A stretch of DNA of 64,000 nucleotides from Octopus vulgaris (GCA_951406725.2 OX597839.1:18600001-18664000), one strand, 5' to 3'; positions 11,996 through 24,149 are shown, counted from the first letter of the stretch. Notes: a model not told the origin generated them from the sequence alone. Numbers and translations are program-made.

Positions 11996-13545
11996 TGGGT
12001 TGTGTTGTTACGTCTCCAAATTTCATTTTCAGTTCTTAGGTTTTCTTGTAGTTGGGGTGGTCTGTGTGGTCTGTATGTGTTGTTTTGTCTTTGGTAGTTG
12101 TTTTCTTCCCATCTTCTGTGTTTGTTGAGCCAATATCTATTACTGGGGTTCAGGTTTCTTTGTGGGTAGGTGGATGGTTCATGTATTGTGTTTGTATTGT
12201 ATTGATAGTGGGAGTTGTTTTTTATCCATCTTGTAAATTTGTGGGGTTGCATGGGGTTGGTGTTTGTGTGGTTTCAATTTCCTCGATGTTTGTTGTAGGT
12301 TATGTGTTGATTTCTATCCATTTGTATATTGTTCCATGTGTGTGTCCTTTTAGGATGTCCAGTGTTATGTGTTGGTGGTTGTTCATATTCTATTTGTTCT
12401 CTCCAAGTGTTATAGGTTGTTGGTTGTATGTATTGTGCTCGTCTTGCTGTTGGTGTGTTTGTTTTTGTGGGGTTTTGGGTTGATGGTTGTCTTTCATATT
12501 TTGTGTATCTGTTAATTGGGGGGTTCGGCAGTGTAAGGAGCGGGATTTTGGTTTGTGTTTGGTAGGGCTTATTTGGATGTCTGGGAGTCCAATATGTTTG
12601 TGGTGTTGGTTTGTTGTATCTATTCATTTGTTTTGGTAGTTTTTTTGTCTTCATAATTGATTCTTCCCCATAGTTCTTTTCGTAGTTTAAAAACCATTCA
12701 TGTTGTTTGGTCCACATAAATCTGGATCTTTCCTCCTCTCGTTCGGTATCCTCTTTCCATAATTGTTGTAGTTTTTCTTTGTTTTGGTTATTGTTCCTTT
12801 CTGTTATCTCGGCCATTATGACGGTATCGATTGTTTTAATCTTATCTTCCTGGTGTGTGCTTCGTGTTTGTAGAAGGGAAATTTCCGTTTCTAGTCGGCA
12901 GAGGGCTAGGTTTGCACGTATTGTTGTTTCTTCTAGTGTTTTACCCCTTATTTCTTTGATAAGAAATTTTCTTGGGAGTATTGGGTTCTTCAAGTCCCGC
13001 CAGTTTTGATATATGTTGGCTATGTTCTTACAGCGTATGTTTTTCCAATAAGCATATTTGCGTTGGTTTAGAAGTTTGTTCCAGTCTTGGGGTTTTGAAG
13101 GTTTTTCTTGGTTTGTGTCAGTTTTTGTTTCTTCATCATTTGTTGTCCTTTGTGATTGGGGTGGTCCCGCCAGAAGATTTGTGTTGTCAGTTGTGTTTGC
13201 TTGATTATTTTTAGAGAGAATATTTTGTGTTTGGATTGTATTTATTGTTAAAGCAATGTTTGCAAAGAGCGTATCAATTTTTGAGAGAAGCGAATTCAAC
13301 TTACTACAGGTTTCTGTGAATAGATCTTCCATGCTTCTGGTATTTCCCTGCTGAAGATGTGCTTCTGTCTTGTTTATTTCGGCATTGCATATTTGGCAGA
13401 TTTGTGTTAGGTCTTCTGCGTGTTTGGTATAAGCCTGTTTGGGGTCTGGTTCTGTTCCATTCCTTTCAATATTTTCTGTATTTTTGGTATCTTCTGTTTG
13501 TGGATCTGATATTAGTCCATCCATTCTGATGTCATGTACATCCAA
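11917..13545 (-). pseudogene. PLE ORF1 (helical/coiled-coil-like core plus basic N/Q/P-rich tail; one in-frame TGA at 12274-12276)
   Basis: Track ORFs 12274-13545 and 11917-12252 share a frame (offset 1293 = 431x3) and are separated by a single TGA. Confidence 0.75.
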
Positions 13546-15457
13546 ATATATGTATTGGAAGGTTTGGAGATGATGTACAGGTATTATATATTAGAAGAAA
13601 TGAGGTAATCAGAAGATCGGATGGTTCATATTTATAGATATTTATTTATATATTACATTTTTTACATATATATATCATATCATTCAGATTATTAGCGCTT
13701 TCTCCCATTCTAGTGGGGTTTTCAAATCAAGTTAATTCCTTTGTGGGGAATTTAATCATTTTATAGAGTTTCGGTGAAGTGGATGAGGAGGAAGTGAGAG
13801 AGAGAACATGTGTGTATGTATGTGTGTGTGTGTGTGTGCGTTTGTATCTGAGGCTAAAGAGAAAGAGGGGAAGGGAGAGGGAAGAAGAAGAAGGATTTCC
13901 TTTGGCCTGCAGGACCCCCTAGGGAGTTCTAAGAATTTTAGCTTTCTGTCCATTTTGGTGTCACTGAGTGTGTGTTGGTGGGTAGGCAGGCCATAAATTA
14001 CACCTTTTATGATTTTGAGGATGGTCAAATGCCATTTGGGGTCAAAGTAGATCGTTTTGTGGAGGTGTGTGTGTGTGTCTCTGCGTGTCCGTGTGTGTTT
14101 GTGTGCGCGTGTGTGTGTGTGTGTGTGTCTGTGTGTTTGGAGAAGGGGAGAGAGACAAAAAGAGAAAAAGGGAAAATAAAAATAAAAATAAAAAAAAATA
14201 AAAATAAAATATATATATATATATATGTACAATGGGCTTCTTTCAGTTTCCACCTACCGAATCCACGTGCAAGGCTTTGGTCAGCCCAAGGCTATAGTAA
14301 AAGACACTTGCCCAAAGTGTCGATCAGTAGGATTGAACCCGGAACCATGTGGTTGAGAAGCAAGCTACTTACCATACAGACACACCTGCACCTAATATAT
14401 ATGTATATATGTATTATGTCATATGCACAAAATGTGTTTGTCAGTATTGTAACACTTTCCTGTCTTTTATTTCTGATGAAGTTCAGTCGCTCTCTGTGTT
14501 TCAAAAAATTTTGAATAAAAACAGAAATTTGGTGTGGCATTTAGTAAAACAGATAACTTAGCCATTATGAATTTGCTGTTTTGGAAAAATCACTTAACAA
14601 GGCTCTTACAATTCATGTAATGGGTGGGTGAGATTTTCTGAGTTCAAATTCCACTGAGGTCGACTTTGCTTTTCATCCTTTTGGGGTTGATAAAATAAGT
14701 ACCAGTCAATGTAATCGGTCTCATCCCCACCTCCCTCAAGCTACTCCTGTGGCAAAAATTTGAAATAATAATAATTATCATCATTATTATTAGTATTACT
14801 TTGTCATGCTGTATAGATGGGGAAAACGCACCAGAGTATTTGGTCATCTGTCAAGTCACAAGGGGTCTCAAATTGATAATACTTTCCTTAAGAATGTTTG
14901 CAAAACTGGGCATAAGGCTTAGCGGCACTTTGTCCATCTGCACGTTCTGAGTTTAAAATCTGCCAAGGTCAACTTTGCCTTTCATCCTTTCAAGGTCAGT
15001 AAAATAAGTGCCAGTTGCACACTGGGATCAATGTAATTGACTTAGCCCCTTCCCTGAAACTGCTGGCCTTGTGCCAAAATTTGAAACCATTATTATTATT
15101 CGTTATTATTTGATGAGCTGGCAGAATCGTTAGCATGCTGGACAAAATGCTCAGCAGCATTTCATATCTTTACGTTCTGAGTTCAAATTCAGCTGAGGTT
15201 GACTTTGCCTTTCATCCTCTTGTGGTCAATAAATTAAGTACCAGTCAAGTAATGGTGTCAATGTAATCGACTAGTCGCCTCCCCACTAAATTTCAGGCCT
15301 TGTCCCTTTAGTATAAAGGATTATTAGTATTACTTTGTCATGCAGTATAAATGGAAAATGCATAAGTATTTAGTCATCTGTTAAATCACAAGGGACCTCA
15401 GATTGATAAAACCTTCCCTAAAGATATGTGCATTGCCTAGCAAGGCTGATTATTATT

Positions 15458-15528
<71 letters not shown>

Positions 15529-15530
15529 TA

Positions 15531-15887
15531 GTTAAGATTATATAGGACTGAGGTAACTCCTCCAGAAGTTATAGAGAAATAAATAGAGGAGTGCCATTGT
15601 TATCATGTGAAATTAGTTGAACGATATTTCGGCAACTAGCGTGCCTTCCACAGGTTCAATCATTACATATCAGTCTACTTCATTTTTTTTTTTTTTTGTT
15701 AATATTCTATTTATTTCTCTATAACTTCTGGAGGAGTTACCTCAGTCCTATATAATCTTAACAAACAAAAAAAAAAAAAATTAAGGAGACTGACGTGTAA
15801 TCGTTGAACCTGTGGAAGGCACGCTAGATGCTGAAATATCGTTCAACCAATTTCACATGAAAACTATGGCACTCCCCTATTTATTTC

Positions 15888-15888
<1 letters not shown>
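15531..15888. mobile_element. Head-to-head pair of circularly permuted ~170-bp monomers with type I hammerhead-like motifs (retrozyme-like)
   Basis: 15531-15705 (-) and 15707-15888 (+) contain the same blocks in different order. Motif GTTGAAC-CTGTGGA-AGGCA..TGC(C/T)-GAAA-TA-TC-GTTCAAC. Confidence 0.65.
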
Positions 15889-15911
<23 letters not shown>

Positions 15912-15928
<17 letters not shown>

Positions 15929-16325
15929 CATATTAAGTTTCACTTGAAAAGGAAGGTGAGAGTAGAGAGGGAAGTGCTGTCCTGTCCGATAGCAAGTTTT
16001 CTGAAAGGTGGATAAATGTCGCAAGAATGGTCAATATGAAAGGAGCCATTCTGAGGTTGCACCTGTGATTTAGAAAGGTAATATAAAAGGAGAAAGGGGC
16101 TCTCTACCCAACTTTTTGACCAGGCTCCCGTTGGTTTTTATGGGTTTTTTCCACCAGGATCCTTTTGTAATGCCTCTCTCTCCCTATTGGGAGTTTTTCA
16201 TTGTTAAACTGCTTTTTACTCGTTTTTTTTCACAAACGGACAAAACCCTTTGTAACCTTTCATCCTGTTTTGTCCCTTTATGTAATAATTGATGTTTGTC
16301 AGCCCTTGTGGCCAATAAAAGAATT
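15912..16325 (+). mobile_element. Probable Tx1/L1-like LINE 3' end
   Basis: KFHLKRKVRVEREVLS...ERWINVARMV-like C-terminal remnant, then a T-rich 3' UTR ending AATAAAAGAA. Confidence 0.45.
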
Positions 16326-17211
16326 AATTATTATTATTATTATTATTGAGTGAGAGAGCAGTGCATGCCATCAAAGTGACACTGGGGTAAAAAGTGCGAA
16401 GCCCAGTATACCCATCATGACTACCCGTCTGATAAGGGTACACTAGGCACATGCATCACAACCATGTGTGCGCGACAAGGTGATCTCATATCAAGATAAA
16501 CAGCGCATGACCTTGTAGGTGGGGTCCAGTTAGAATTTTCTTCTGGTCGAGTAGCCCATCCCGCTCAAAAGGTCCCTGCGTAAGGGTTGTTTAAGGATGT
16601 TGAACGAAACACCCATGTTTCCAGAGGTAAATTATTCAAACCCCAAAGAATCCCTCTCAACACATGGCTATGATACTCCCCCACTACTTCTGCTCGTGAT
16701 CAGAGATGCACATATCATCATCCATTTAGGGACATGCTCAACTGGTTAAGGTCAAACAACTGACAAGCAAATCTGTGGTATTGAGCAGAATATTTGCTGT
16801 AGCCCATCTTTTATACCAAGACAAAAGAATGTACATGATAACACTTCCAATCAGTTAAGATCAGAAACCATGAGAACCACTGCCTGGTACTGCATTAGGG
16901 CATTTTTTTATTATTATTATTATAATTATTATTATTATTATTAGGCAAGCTAGCAGAATCATTAACATGCTAGGCAAAATGCTTAGTAGTATTTTGTCCA
17001 TTTTCACATTCTGTGTTCAAGATTCCGCCGAGGTTGACTTTGCCTTTCATCCTTTCGGGGGTCAATGAATTAAGGACCAGTTGAGCACTGGCATCGATGT
17101 AATCAACTAGTCCCTTCCTCACAAAATTTCAGGCCTTGTGCCTATAGTAGAAAAGAGTGTTGTGTTGTTGTTGTTTCTTTTGGCTTATTCATGTGTTTTC
17201 GAATTTTTTAG

Positions 17212-17361
17212 GAACAAGAAGATGAGTTAAGTAACTTGCGTTCTGATTTAAATAATCTCAGAGATGAAGAAACCCAGTTAGAGGAAGAAGTTTCCAAGAA
17301 GAAAGTGTACATAGAGTCACTGTTGAAGAATCAAAAAGACACTCAGTTACAATTAAGCCAG
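17212..17361 (+). CDS. EPS15L1: EPS15/EPS15L1 coiled-coil exon (phase 0-0)
   Basis: tttttag|GAACAA...AGCCAG|gtgagt, 150 nt. EQEDELSNLRSDLNNLRDEETQLEEEV...QLSQ resembles the EPS15L1 coil ([23 protein letters not shown], recalled from memory). Confidence 0.92.
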
Positions 17362-18181
17362 GTGAGTGGAAATTCTGGAGAGGGTTGTAGCTTCTCTTTC
17401 CTCTTGTGTTTTTTTCACTTAAAAAAAAAAAAAAAAATATTTGGGTGGCATGTAAAAAAGCACCCTTTGCATATGGGGCCTCATGGAGGCAATGATAAGT
17501 GAATGAGACCTTTGCTGATGTGCTGTGCTTGAGAAGATTTATCAAGCCAAGTGAAAGCGTAGTTGTGGTTGATGCTGGTGGCACATAATGGGCACCCGTG
17601 CCAGTGGCATGTGAAAAGCACCCTTTGAATGTGGGGCTTCATGGAGGCAATGGTAAATGACTGAGACCTTTGGTGATATGCCGTGTTTGAGAAAACTCGT
17701 CAAGCCAAGTGAAAGCATAATCATGGCCGATGCCAGGGTCACGTAACCGGCACCCATGCCGGGAGCACAATAGACATTTGGAGTCTGGACAGCTCCCATG
17801 CCAGGATGGAACACAGATGTTAGACAATCGTGATGATTATGATGATGAAGACGCATTCACACACACATACATCTATACACACATGCATGCATTTTATTGA
17901 AACTTAATGCTTCAATCACCATCCGAGTCATGATACAAGCATTCAATAAGCCATATACTCTACAACATGTTACTCTTTACTCTTTTACTTGTTTCAGTCA
18001 TTTGACTGCGGCCATGCTGGAGCACCGCCTTTAGTCGAGCAAATCGACCCCAGGACTTATTCTTTTGTAAGCCTAGTACTTATTCTATCGGTCTCTTTTG
18101 CCGAACCGCTAAGTTACAGGGATGTATACACACCAGCATCGGTTGTCAAGCGATGTTGGGAGGACAAACACAGACACACAA

Positions 18182-18241
<60 letters not shown>

Positions 18242-18939
18242 GACAGGCTTCTTTCAGTTTCCGTCTACCAAATCCACTCACAAGGCTTTGTTCGACCCGA
18301 GGCTCTAGTAGAAGACACTTGCCCAAAGTGCCACGCAGTGGGACTGAGCCCGGAACCATGTGGTTGGTAAGCAAGCTACTTACCACACAGCCACTCCTAC
18401 GCCTATGTGTGGAGTACTCCTCTGCAAATTACTCATTATTGTTTATGTGTGTATGTTCACTCTTCTGTTATTATTTTGTAGTATGTATATGTATGTGTGT
18501 GTGTGTGTGTGTGTGAGAAAGAGAGAGAGAGAGAAAGAGAGAGAGAGAACATTGCAAACAACGAATGAGATAACCATGGAATGAAAAAAATTGTATAAAT
18601 AAAAGCTCGTTGAAAACTATCTTGTACCGAATATTTAAATTTGTGAACCTCGTAAATATTTCTTTCGGTAATTTATCATAGTTGTTTACAAACAGCAAAC
18701 ATTAGAATAGAGAGTGAGAGACTTCACTGTTTTTATGTCAATACCAGAAGATGACATTGAGAAACGTTTTTAAAGAAGTGAATCATAAATATAAAGCAAT
18801 TTTTATTTTTTTTATATTTAATAAAAAAAATCAAATGAAGCACCTAACATGAGTCCGAGGTCAAATTATTCATGCATCAGAAATATGGAAGCAATTGGTG
18901 AAGCCATTTTTGCCTCAAAAGCGAATATACTCACATCAT

Positions 18940-19480
18940 CATCATCATCGTTTAGTGTCCACTTTCCATGCTAGCATGGGTTGGATGGTTCAACTGGGGT
19001 CTGGGAAGCCAGAAGGCTGCACCAGGCTCCAGTCTGACCTGGCAAAGTTTCTACGGCTGGATGCCCTTCCTAACGCCAACCACTCCTTGAGTGTAGTGGG
19101 TGGTTTTTACGTGCCACCGGCACAGGTGCCAGACGAGGCTGGCAACAGCCACGATTGGATGGTGCTTTTTACGTGCCACCGGCACGGAGGCCAGGCGAGG
19201 CTGGCAATGGCCATGATCGGATGGTGCTTTTTACGTGCCACCGGCATGGAGGCCAAGCGAGCCTGGCAACGGCTACGGTCGGACGGTGCTTTTTACGTTC
19301 CACCGGCACGGAGGCCAGGTGAGGCTGGCAATGGCCACGGTCGGACGGTGCTTTTTACGTGCCACCGGCACGGAGGCCAGGCGAGGCTGGCAACTGCCAC
19401 ATTCAGATGGTTCTCTTACGTGCCCCCAGCACTGGTATCACAGCTACCATTTCCATTGATGTTGATAGATTTTGATTTTG
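18940..19480 (-). mobile_element. SINE family B copy with internal ~62-bp tandem amplification
   Basis: GGTGCTTTTTACGTGCCACCGGCACGGAGGCCAGG... recurs at ~19100, 19161, 19223, 19286 and 19347. Confidence 0.85.
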
Positions 19481-19535
19481 ATTACACACACACACACACT
19501 CCCTCATTCAGTTTCCTCTTTCTTTTACCTTCCAG

Positions 19536-19664
19536 GCCAAGACTCGTATACAACACTTACAAGATCAACAGCGAGGCAACAACTCCAATGCCCAGATAAA
19601 CGGAGAGTTTGCCTATTTCCCCACATCTTCAAGTGAAGGCGACCAGTTCAGTACACTCGCTACA
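19536..19664 (+). CDS. EPS15L1: EPS15/EPS15L1 exon, end of coiled coil (phase 0-0)
   Basis: ccttccag|GCCAAG...GCTACA|gtaagt, 129 nt. AKTRIQHLQDQQRGNNSNAQINGEFAYFPTSSSEGDQFSTLAT. Confidence 0.88.
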
Positions 19665-19784
19665 GTAAGTATTCTTACTTGGCATTATTTGTTTTGTATA
19701 CACCCACTGCAGTGAGGATTCCTATTTGAATTTATCTCCACCATTGTCTACTTGGTGTGGAGGTGTGTAGTTTAGTGGTTAGGG

Positions 19785-19944
19785 TACCGTTTCTCAACCG
19801 GGGTTCCGTGAAAGGTTCCTATGGGTTCCACAAGAAAAAGTGAGATAAGCTAATGCTAATTTAAGGATCATAATGTTACTATACATGCACAACATATTAT
19901 TGGTTATTGTAATATTGTAATATACACATCATACAATATAACAC

Positions 19945-19990
<46 letters not shown>

Positions 19991-19991
19991 C

Positions 19992-20031
<40 letters not shown>

Positions 20032-20290
20032 TGAGGGAATATTTATATCGAAGTGTTTTTACTATTATTATTACTATTATCATTTCTTAAATATAGCCAC
20101 GAAACACGTGTCGTTATTCTACAAAATATATACATTTTATTTACTATTTAACATATTACTTAATCATTATTATATGTTTTATCGTTTAATCATTTATATG
20201 TTTAAAATCCTATAATATGTAATTTTTCTAAATGGTATAATTTAATTTTTCATTATTGAATTGATAAAAGGTGGGTTTTTTTCTAATATA

Positions 20291-20347
<57 letters not shown>

Positions 20348-20487
20348 GTATATGATATTTTCCATGTGAACTATGATGGAAAAAATATGAGAAAGCAATG
20401 GTATATAATTTTTTTTGTGCAGGGTTTCCTTGGGACATGTAATTCATTTTAAGGGTTATGCGAGGGTAAAAAGGTAGAGAAGCACTG
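19785..20487. mobile_element. hAT-like MITE in a tRNA-SINE head, carrying microsatellites and a PLE-like fragment
   Basis: 8-bp TSD GGTTAGGG at 19777-19784 and 20488-20495, ends TACCGTTTCTCAAC...GTAGAGAAGCACTG. Internal GAAACACGTGTC at 20101. Confidence 0.7.
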
Positions 20488-21060
20488 GGTTAGGGTGTTG
20501 GGGCTCATTGTCATAAGATTGTGGTTTCAACTGGAAGAGGTGTCTTTAGTTATAACCCAAGGCTGACCAACAGGTTGTGAGTAAATTTGGTTGAAGAAAC
20601 TGTAGGAAGCCTATTATATGTGTGTGTGTGTGAGAGACATTTCTCTCTTTTGTTTCTGCTACTAACATATGGTCTGTCCTGACAACCAGTTCTTGTTTGG
20701 GAGACAATCACTTGGAAACCAATCATGGCAGGATTAGAAGCTTGAATTTTAAACTGAAGGGCAATGAAGAATATGCATAGAACATACATATTTACTATTT
20801 TCTTTTTCTCTTACTCATTTCAAAGATCTTAAAATTTCTGTCATGTATATACTGCACCATTTCATTCTTATATGAAATCATCAGCATGACATAATCTGAG
20901 GCAAATTAATTTCACTAAATTCAACACTTTAGAAAAAAAAACTGATTAGTGCTTATACCATCTACCTGCTCCTCTGTTTGTTTGTTTGTTTATTTATACC
21001 ATTTTTATGTTGAAAATAATTCTCTGTATACAATTCTCTGCTATAATCTCTTCTTTGCAG

Positions 21061-21202
21061 GCTGGAAGTAGCCCAATCAGTATTGGAGCTTTTAGTCACG
21101 GCTCAAGTATGGATGATTTCCGAGATGATCCTTTCAAAAGTAAAGATCCTTTTAGTAACACTGCACCAGATCCTTTCCAGAATGAAGACCCATTCAAAGG
21201 AA
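21061..21202 (+). CDS. EPS15L1: EPS15/EPS15L1 DPF exon (phase 0-1)
   Basis: ctttgcag|GCTGGA...GGAA|gtgagt. AGSSPISIGAFSHGSSMDDFRDDPFKSKDPFSNTAPDPFQNEDPFKG (4 DPF). Confidence 0.95.
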
Positions 21203-22092
21203 GTGAGTATGGGACATCACTTTTCAGGGGCTTTTTTATTTTGTCTCTTCTTGGTTTTGGTTACTCTGTCTATGTTTCTAGTGATTTCTTTGGAGATATA
21301 CTGAATAATACTTCTCACTCTCATAATTTTCAAATATTGCCATAGAAATTATAGTTTATTCTATTTGATTAATGCATAATCTTGATGATTGATGATGAAG
21401 ATGGAGAGATAAATGTAGACAGACAGTAATGTTGATAAATATATAGATTGACAGACAGGTATAAACACAAGCAGATCTATATAAATAGACAAGTGGATGT
21501 TGATAAACAGATCTAAATAGACTGATAGACACACAGCTAGATAGATGAATGGATTTAGATGGAATTAGATAGACAGACAGACAGATGTCCTGGGTCTGAA
21601 ATTAAACTGCATCTGGTGTGACTACTCAGTGCACATGGTTTATGCTGAGCCAGGCCAAATAACGTCTTGTCCTTCAAACTTGTATTGGTCTGGTGCAACA
21701 AGTGTCATAAGCATAGTAGTTACCCGGATGCTGGATTTGTATGGACTTAGTGGTTAGGGCTTCAGGCTCACAATCATGAGATAGTGAGTTCGATTCCCGG
21801 ACTGGGCTGTGTGTTGTGTTCTTGAGCAAGACACTTTATTTGACGTTGCTCCAGTTCACTCAGCTGTAGAAATGAGTTGTGATATCACTGGTGCCAAGCT
21901 GTATCAGCCTTTGCCTTTCCCTTGGATAACATCAGTGGCATGGAGAGAGGAGGCTGTTATACATGGGTGACTGTTGGTCTTCCATAAACAACCTTGCCCG
22001 GACTTTTGCCTCAGAGGGTAACTTTCTGGGTGCAATCCCATGGTCATTCATGACTGAAAGGAGTCATAGCCATATAATCTCTCTCTCTCTCT

Positions 22093-22134
<42 letters not shown>

Positions 22135-23066
22135 TACATGGCTCAGTGGTTAGAGCGTTCAGCTCACAATCACGAGGTAGTCAGTTCGATACCTGGATCA
22201 GGCTGTGGTGTTGTTTTCTTGGGCAAGACATTTTATTCCATGTTGCTCCAGTTCACTCAGCTGTAGAAATGAGTTGCGACGTCACTGGTGCCAAGCTGTA
22301 TCAGCCTATGCTCTGCCCTTGGATAACATTGGTGATATGGAGTGGGCAGGGTGGTATGCATGGGTGACTGCTGGTCTTCCATAAACAACCTTCTCCGGAC
22401 TTGTGACTCGGAGGGGAACTTCCTAGGTGCAATCCCATGGTCATTCATGACCGAAGGAGGTCTTTACTCTTTACTTTCTCTTAGATAAGCAGCTAAAGAA
22501 CTGTAGGACCTCTTCTACCTTGGGTCTGTTCATGTCTCTGTAAGTGACCATCTTCTGGAAGTTAATTCCGTGACATTAATTAACCTGTAATTGGAACCCA
22601 GAATGGTGTGACTTACCCCAGGCTGGATGAGACCTGGGAACAATAGTGGCTATGCAGTGGTTCTACCCTCCTCAAAATCCTAAAACTCCCAAACCAGGGT
22701 CCTACTACAGGATTCAGTTTCAAATCATACCATAAACCATAATAAATATTTCATGCCATATAAGAGTACTATAGGGTTATATATGCTTCAATTATATATA
22801 CTTCAATTATATATGCAAATGTTTTAATTTTCTAGAAGCATCGTATTCAGAACAATCTAAAAGCAATAGAAATTCTGTCTTGTTCACTTTTGATTTGTAT
22901 CTTTACAATTTTTTTTTTTCATGTGTGTATGTTTACGTGTATATATATATATGTATATATATATATATTCCTTTGTTTTGGTTCTTTCAATTTTGGAACA
23001 TGTTGTTTTGCATGGCTTGGTTTCCAGAGTGGTTCATTCTGTTTTCAATGTTCATGCACAAGTTTC

Positions 23067-23099
<33 letters not shown>

Positions 23100-23203
23100 T
23101 ATAAATCTGTTATTTACTGACAACTCACCCACTGCTTAATAAGTCCCAGCATGTGAGTGGTGTTTGTGCTAAGAAAACTACACTCAATACCTAGATTTAA
23201 GTG

Positions 23204-23236
<33 letters not shown>

Positions 23237-23576
23237 GTATATACATATATATTGTTCTTTCTGTCATACATCGTCATGTGATGTACCCAGGCATATAATG
23301 TTGCTTTATAGCCCCAGGTGAGTTCTGATCAAGTAGTTCCATGATGGAGATGATGACATTGATTTGTATGCCAGGCACGATGTACATAGTTCAATGTTTC
23401 CGTTGTCTTTTACAGCAGACTGGCAATTTGAGAGAGACTTTCAATAGTATTTGGCACAGGTTAGACGAGTTATATTGAGGGTCTGGAATTTGGTTTAACT
23501 CTAGAATAATTTCTTAGATTGGTGGTGTGAAGTACTTGTTAGGTACAGACTCTCAGTTAGATCTCTGATGATAGTG

Positions 23577-23621
<45 letters not shown>

Positions 23622-23852
23622 GTAGTAATAATAGTCCTTTCTGCTATAGGCATAAGGCCTGATATTTAGGGAGAGGGGTTAAGTTGATTACATCAACCTC
23701 AGTACTCCATCAGTACTTAATTTACTGACCCCCAAAAGGATGAAAGGCAAAGTCAACTTCAGCAGGATTTGAACCCAGAACATAAGGATGCACGAAATGC
23801 TGCTAAGCATTTTGCCTGGCTTGCTAATGATTCTGCGAATTTGCCACCTTCC

Positions 23853-23896
<44 letters not shown>

Positions 23897-24149
23897 AATA
23901 ATGATAATAATAATGATAATAATAATAATAATAATGATTCTTTCTACTTAAAGCACAAGGCCTGGGCTGACTTAGGACCTTCTGCTCCAAGGTCTTGTTG
24001 ATTATGAACTATCATTTTGCTTCAGTATCTTGGCTTTTTGTCTAGATAGGGGATGTCGACCCTATGCAAGGATGAAAGGCAAAGTCAACCTCAGTGGAAT
24101 TTGAACTCAGAAGTGTGCTAATGATTCTGCCAGCTCTCTGCCTTCCATC

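Larger units (their letters stand above)
10583..13760 (-). mobile_element. Penelope-like retroelement (Neptune-like RT), 3'-truncated, with pLTR-like 5' region, ORF1 and RT
   Basis: PLE RT motifs IINLS..GLKFTPTP, EADKGG, YGLPKIHK, RPIVA, FDVTNLYTNIP, GTAMGTKFAPSYANL and RYLDDCF. The element stops in the thumb region, so no GIY-YIG domain is present. Confidence 0.92.

Noticed and set aside
13756-14253. 165-aa ORF upstream of the PLE as a permuted endonuclease
   Set aside because: Mostly microsatellite and SINE sequence; no GIY-YIG motif seen.
23312-23317. 6-nt microexon tatag|CCCCAG|gtgagt
   Set aside because: The context (GCCCCAGGT...CTGATCAAG...ATGAT) looks like a decayed dispersed repeat and lacks a clear branch point, so it is weaker than the 23144 candidate.
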